A stretch of DNA of 64,000 nt from Candidatus Hermodarchaeota archaeon. GTDB lineage: Archaea > Asgardarchaeota > Lokiarchaeia > Sigyniarchaeales > SOKP01. The stretch is from contig JBHLLP010000015.1 of the NCBI GenBank assembly GCA_048885525.1, positions 15,055-79,054 of the forward strand, written 5' to 3'. How positions within the stretch are numbered: the first letter of the stretch is position 1; each line of letters starts with the position of its first letter. Made by a program: the position numbers and the translations under genes. The notes below the pieces were generated by a model. The model saw nothing but the letters and a program-made list of their open reading frames with translations. It was not told the DNA's origin and searched no databases. This document shows, piece by piece, positions 60,049 to 64,000 of the stretch.

Positions 60049-61485
60049 TTATTGTCTTTCTAAACCAAGTTCCTTTAATTTCATCTTGTTCTCTGTAACC
60101 TTCTCAGGTGTAATATCATACCATTTCCAAAAGATCAGCAATGTTATTAGCATTAATATAGCTGGAACTATTGCAGTGTGAACCCGAATACCAAATAATG
60201 CGTATCCAGTTTGTATTGGATTAGCAGGATCAAAACCAGTTAACACATGGCTTAATGCAATTGTTATCGCTATGAATGTTTGACCAAACTTAATAAAAAA
60301 CGCTTGAAATCCATAATAGATTGTGTATTGAGTTTTTCCCGTACGAACTGACACATCGTCTAGAACATCCCCCATCAATGGTGGATCTATATACCAATTT
60401 GCTCCAATTCCCACTCCAAATAGGACTAAACTAATAATCCAACCTATAACATCACCGACGATCATTAATGGTATAAACGTTACAAATAATACCGTACATG
60501 CAATTATACCTACTCTTCTATTATCATTTACTTTATGGGCTACATATGTCCATATGGGAACTGAGATTAAAGATCCAACTAACATTGAAAGTAGTAAAAT
60601 CGTAATACTCGTTTGATTCAATAAAATATACGTAACCACGTAATAAGCGGAAGTTTGAGTCATAACAGCACCTACTTGATATCCAAAGAAATGAATCATC
60701 TTCAACATGAAATTTTTATCTTTAACTACTGTTAAGGTGGATTTTATAAATGGTTCTAATTCTTGTATTTCGCCTAACTCTTTACGTTTAAGTCGTAAAT
60801 TTCTCACGCGTTTATCTTCGAATATACCTGGTACAGTAAACAACCACAAAATCACTCCAAATCCAACACTAAACCACGCATTAGCTACATATCCAGAAGC
60901 AACCAGCGTTTCTTCACCAACAAAAAACATCGGTGGTACTGCAGCTAATACTAAACCTATTATACCTAATAGTGTCCCAAAACCCTGTGTTGTTCTTCTC
61001 TCTCCCAGAGTCCTAAACTTTTCAGGGTATATCGCTAGAACATTTGTATCATAGATTGTAACCATCGTATCGTAAAAACACAATGTACCCACATACCATC
61101 CAAAAATCAACCACTGGTTTTGCTGAACTATGGCTGGTGAACCATACCATTGAGAAGGTACTAAATATATCAAAAGATATGATATTAACCATGGAATTAT
61201 AGCAATTACTAACCATGGAAATCGTTTAAAGCCTTTCTTTTCCCATGGCATGTGGATTTTTTCAAGTACCCACCCGATTAATGGGTCATTTATAGCATTC
61301 CATATAGAATAGATAACAAATGCCAATGCTGCTAATAGAGTTGGTAACTGGATTACGCTTTCATAGAAGAAAAACACGGAAAACCCAAAAGCAGCAAAGA
61401 TCCATTGCGATGCAAGTTCACGTGAACCATATGAAGCCATTATTCTCTTTTTATAATTATAAACTTCTTTTCTATCCTCTGTCAA
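60049..61485 (-). CDS. MFS transporter, GPH (MelB-like) family
   Basis: WNAINDPLIG; about 12 TM segments; GDVLDD...RTG. TTG at 61485 after GGAGAT preferred as start. Confidence 0.88.
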   Translation of the reverse strand: MTEDRKEVYNYKKRIMASYGSRELASQWIFAAFGFSVFFFYESVIQLPTLLAALAFVIYSIWNAINDPLIGWVLEKIHMPWEKKGFKRFPWLVIAIIPWLISYLLIYLVPSQWYGSPAIVQQNQWLIFGWYVGTLCFYDTMVTIYDTNVLAIYPEKFRTLGERRTTQGFGTLLGIIGLVLAAVPPMFFVGEETLVASGYVANAWFSVGFGVILWLFTVPGIFEDKRVRNLRLKRKELGEIQELEPFIKSTLTVVKDKNFMLKMIHFFGYQVGAVMTQTSAYYVVTYILLNQTSITILLLSMLVGSLISVPIWTYVAHKVNDNRRVGIIACTVLFVTFIPLMIVGDVIGWIISLVLFGVGIGANWYIDPPLMGDVLDDVSVRTGKTQYTIYYGFQAFFIKFGQTFIAITIALSHVLTGFDPANPIQTGYALFGIRVHTAIVPAILMLITLLIFWKWYDITPEKVTENKMKLKELGLERQ

Positions 61486-61632
61486 GTTTATATCTCCTTT
61501 TTTAGATAATCCCAAAAAATTTGAGACGTTTTATTTTTTTGAAATTTAATATTATATTTGATTTAAACTTGAAGATTTATAAGAGTATAGTTTTAGATGC
61601 CGTAATATATAGAATTGATCAGTTATGCCAAA

Positions 61633-63045
61633 TCAATGATATTCAATTTGTACTGTGGAAAGTTTTTTAATTGCCTTTTTTTTTTTATCCCATAATTCTT
61701 GTGCTCTTTTGACCCAATTATCAAACTCATTTACATTGTCTGGATAATTCTCATAATGCTTTTTAATTTTTCCAGCAAGACTATTAGCTTGTAGTAATCT
61801 TTTCATATGTTTAAATGATAGTTTTCTTTGAAATAATCCTCCTAAAATTTTAAAAATAAATTTCAGCATTTCACCTGTACTCATTTCTTCTTCATATTCT
61901 TTATTTGGTTCAGGGATATCCTCTCCTTCCCCAGTTTTGTAAATTAATCCTTTTTTTAGAAAGTAATTCCATTCTTTTTCATTGAAATTCAAAACACCTG
62001 ATAATTGAGTGAAAAGACCGGCAAATTTTGCACCTTGATCTCTAAAATATTTCACATTTATGTCCCAGAGTACATCTCGAGTTAAATCTTTTTCATTCTT
62101 AAGTGCCTTTTTTATAACATCAAAAGCAATCATACATAACATCCAAGTTGCTGTTACACCATGACCTGAAAAAGGATAAGTGATTACTGAAGCATCTCCA
62201 ATACATAAAAATCTATCCCCTACTAAAGAATATGGGGGGCGTCTATAAGGAGTACTTCCTTGTTCTTTTTTTATTATTTCATAAGGAGGAAGATTTATTC
62301 TCTTTAAAAAATCCTCTCGAACTAACCGAGCATTCTCAAATGATCCAGGCTGTCCAACTCCTAAAATCGCAGCATCTGTTTCATAAGAGGGTCCAAACCA
62401 TAATAACCACCATTGATAACCTGTGTCTGCTGTGGGATGAGGTTCCTTTGGATTCTTCCATTTAATGTATTGTAAAAGGACATACATAACATCGTTAGAA
62501 CCTAGTTTAAAAGTCTCTACACCATAGTCTTCTGGTAAGGAAGTTCTTATCACAGCACTTTTACCTGATGCATCAATGATTAGTTTTGACCTATATTCTA
62601 TGCTTTTTCCTTCTTTTTCGGCAACTAAACCAACTAATTGATTATTTTCAAAAATAAGATTTTTAAATTCACATAAAAATTCTAATTTTACCCCATCTGA
62701 CTCTAGAACATTGTACATCCGATTTAGAAAAGGAGTTAGTCTAACAATTGTTTGAAGTGCTCTTATTTTAATTTGTTTTTTGAAATCTGGTGTAACAACT
62801 GTAGATGTGTCTCTAAGTTCAATACAATCTGGGGATCCTACTTGAAATGGTGGAATTCCCGCTTTTTCAATTCGATCTGATTCAAAATGAATCACATCTA
62901 ATCTTTTCCCTACTTCTTCTCTCTTATCCTTTTCAATAATAACTACTGAAAATCCATTTTTAGCTAGGAGCCATCCTAAATAAGTACCTGCAGTTCCAGC
63001 TCCCACAATAAGAATATCACATTTTTCAACCATTAATTGATTCAC
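61633..63045 (-). CDS. FAD-dependent oxidoreductase, geranylgeranyl-reductase family
   Basis: DILIVGAGTAG...A..G..V.IIEK; IIDASG; IGDAS....PFSGHG. Start may be the ATG at 63033. Confidence 0.83.
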   Translation of the reverse strand: MNQLMVEKCDILIVGAGTAGTYLGWLLAKNGFSVVIIEKDKREEVGKRLDVIHFESDRIEKAGIPPFQVGSPDCIELRDTSTVVTPDFKKQIKIRALQTIVRLTPFLNRMYNVLESDGVKLEFLCEFKNLIFENNQLVGLVAEKEGKSIEYRSKLIIDASGKSAVIRTSLPEDYGVETFKLGSNDVMYVLLQYIKWKNPKEPHPTADTGYQWWLLWFGPSYETDAAILGVGQPGSFENARLVREDFLKRINLPPYEIIKKEQGSTPYRRPPYSLVGDRFLCIGDASVITYPFSGHGVTATWMLCMIAFDVIKKALKNEKDLTRDVLWDINVKYFRDQGAKFAGLFTQLSGVLNFNEKEWNYFLKKGLIYKTGEGEDIPEPNKEYEEEMSTGEMLKFIFKILGGLFQRKLSFKHMKRLLQANSLAGKIKKHYENYPDNVNEFDNWVKRAQELWDKKKKAIKKLSTVQIEYH

Positions 63046-63163
63046 ATTTTTTGTAAGAAAAATTGTATAAAATTGTTTATATAGTCAAAAAAGAAACCAA
63101 ATTTTATTCACTCACTATTTCTTTATTTAAATAACAAAAAATATTTTAAATTAATGATTTTGG

Positions 63164-63838
63164 ATGAAAATTGTCATTTTTGCTCCTCATCCTGATGATG
63201 AAAGTTATGGTGCGGGGGGATCAATTATAAAATGGCTCGAAGAAGGCCATAATGTTCATATTATTTGGCTTACTGATGGTAGGGCGGGATACCGAAAATC
63301 AAAAGAAGATAATAACCTAATTGATTGTGAAGAATCGAGAATTACAGAAGATGAACTTGCGAGAATTAGATTAGCTGAAGCAGATGCTGCAGGTGAGTTC
63401 TTGGGTGTAAAAAAAGAAAATAGACACTTTTTAAAATTTTATGATCAAGAATTGCAGAATCATATTGATGAGGCAGTAGAGCAAATCACAGATATCGTAA
63501 AAGACGCAGATATTTTTGTAATTCCAAGCAATAATAATAAACATCCAGATCATCAAGCTACTCATGATATCGCGGTTAAGGTTGCAAAATTACTTAACCT
63601 GAATAACCTAAAATTTTACATTTTTTATCTCCATGCTCCTTTAAGGGCTCAAGGTGAAAATCTTATTAAAATTAGAGTTAAAGATTTAAGATTTAAAGTT
63701 TACGAAGCATTAAAGTTGCATAAGTCTCAATTTTATACAAAAAGTATGATATGGCAGACAGAAGCTATGAAAGAAAGACGTACAGAAAGATTTGGATTTT
63801 ATAATTTACAAGATAAAGGAAAATTTTATAATTTTTAA
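63164..63838 (+). CDS. PIG-L family deacetylase
   Basis: APHPDDES.G.GG; LTDG; R..EA..A; HPDH; H.SQ. Confidence 0.9.
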   Translation: MKIVIFAPHPDDESYGAGGSIIKWLEEGHNVHIIWLTDGRAGYRKSKEDNNLIDCEESRITEDELARIRLAEADAAGEFLGVKKENRHFLKFYDQELQNHIDEAVEQITDIVKDADIFVIPSNNNKHPDHQATHDIAVKVAKLLNLNNLKFYIFYLHAPLRAQGENLIKIRVKDLRFKVYEALKLHKSQFYTKSMIWQTEAMKERRTERFGFYNLQDKGKFYNF

Positions 63839-63874
63839 TAGAAATAAGTTCAATAATATCATTAAAGTCGTATT

Positions 63875-64000
63875 ATGAATGAACAAGAACAATTATTCGA
63901 TGCAGCCTTTATAATTAAAAATTCTAATTATATAGTAGTTTTTACTGGAGCTGGTATCTCTACAGAATCTGGAATTGATGATTTTCGTAGCCCAGGAGGT
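63875..64000 (+). CDS. cobB: Sir2/CobB NAD-dependent deacylase (5' part; runs off the window end)
   Basis: Manual translation: MNEQEQLFDAAFIIKNSNYIVVFTGAGISTESGIDDFRSPGG, the sirtuin GAGIS..SGI.DFR motif. Confidence 0.9.
   Translation, partial: MNEQEQLFDAAFIIKNSNYIVVFTGAGISTESGIDDFRSPGG

Noticed and set aside
915-62465. Many short (60-140 aa) track ORFs antisense to or nested in long genes (e.g. 915-1103, 12207-12620, 26846-27136, 30404-30769, 49495-49812, 60707-61054)
   Set aside because: Shadow ORFs opposite well-supported genes; no motifs or RBS.
1-64000. Selenocysteine read-through at TGA-terminated genes
   Set aside because: The TGA-ending ORFs I checked end at natural family C-termini; the only clear in-frame interruption is a TAA.
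1-64000. CRISPR arrays, tRNA/rRNA genes, IS elements or integrases
   Set aside because: No regularly spaced repeats, no GC-rich structured RNA-like stretch in the intergenic gaps, and no transposase/integrase motifs seen by eye.
63875-64000. Sir2 plus HerA as a Sir2-HerA defence system
   Set aside because: The sirtuin is ~36 kb from herA and has a housekeeping CobB-type N-terminus.

Overview
AT-rich, densely coding archaeal chromosomal segment, most likely from an Asgard archaeon (Lokiarchaeia-like). This is inferred from Alba, a histone, Sec11, the HerA/NurA/Mre11/Rad50 cluster, GGTGA-type ribosome-binding sites, a single-domain gelsolin and a longin-like domain. About 55 genes are present. 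Heterotrophic catabolism genes include GPH/MFS transporters, a GH3 glucosidase, a CoA-transferase-like pair, thiolase+DUF35, an acyl-CoA ligase, an FGGY kinase, tandem M29 aminopeptidases and Eda. The rest are tRNA-modification and repair genes and a chromatin/DNA-end-resection block (alba, histone, uvrD-herA-nurA-mre11-rad50). I saw no rRNA, tRNA, CRISPR array or IS element. Main observations: (1) four genes appear to start at ATT/ATC codons behind a GGTGA Shine-Dalgarno whose reading frame is closed by an upstream stop. (2) An LVIVD surface protein/ICMT-like/membrane-anchored double-wHTH module has a conserved 22-bp motif repeated just upstream of both TATA boxes. (3) There are several candidate eukaryote-like proteins: a cytoplasmic mu/delta-COP-homology-like beta-sandwich protein, an IFT52-like GIFT domain fused to a ribbon-helix-helix, a receptor-like protein with a cytoplasmic longin-like domain, and a stand-alone gelsolin domain. 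(4) An in-frame TAA interrupts a nucleotidyltransferase gene upstream of uvrD. All family assignments come from motif recognition by eye, not from database searches.
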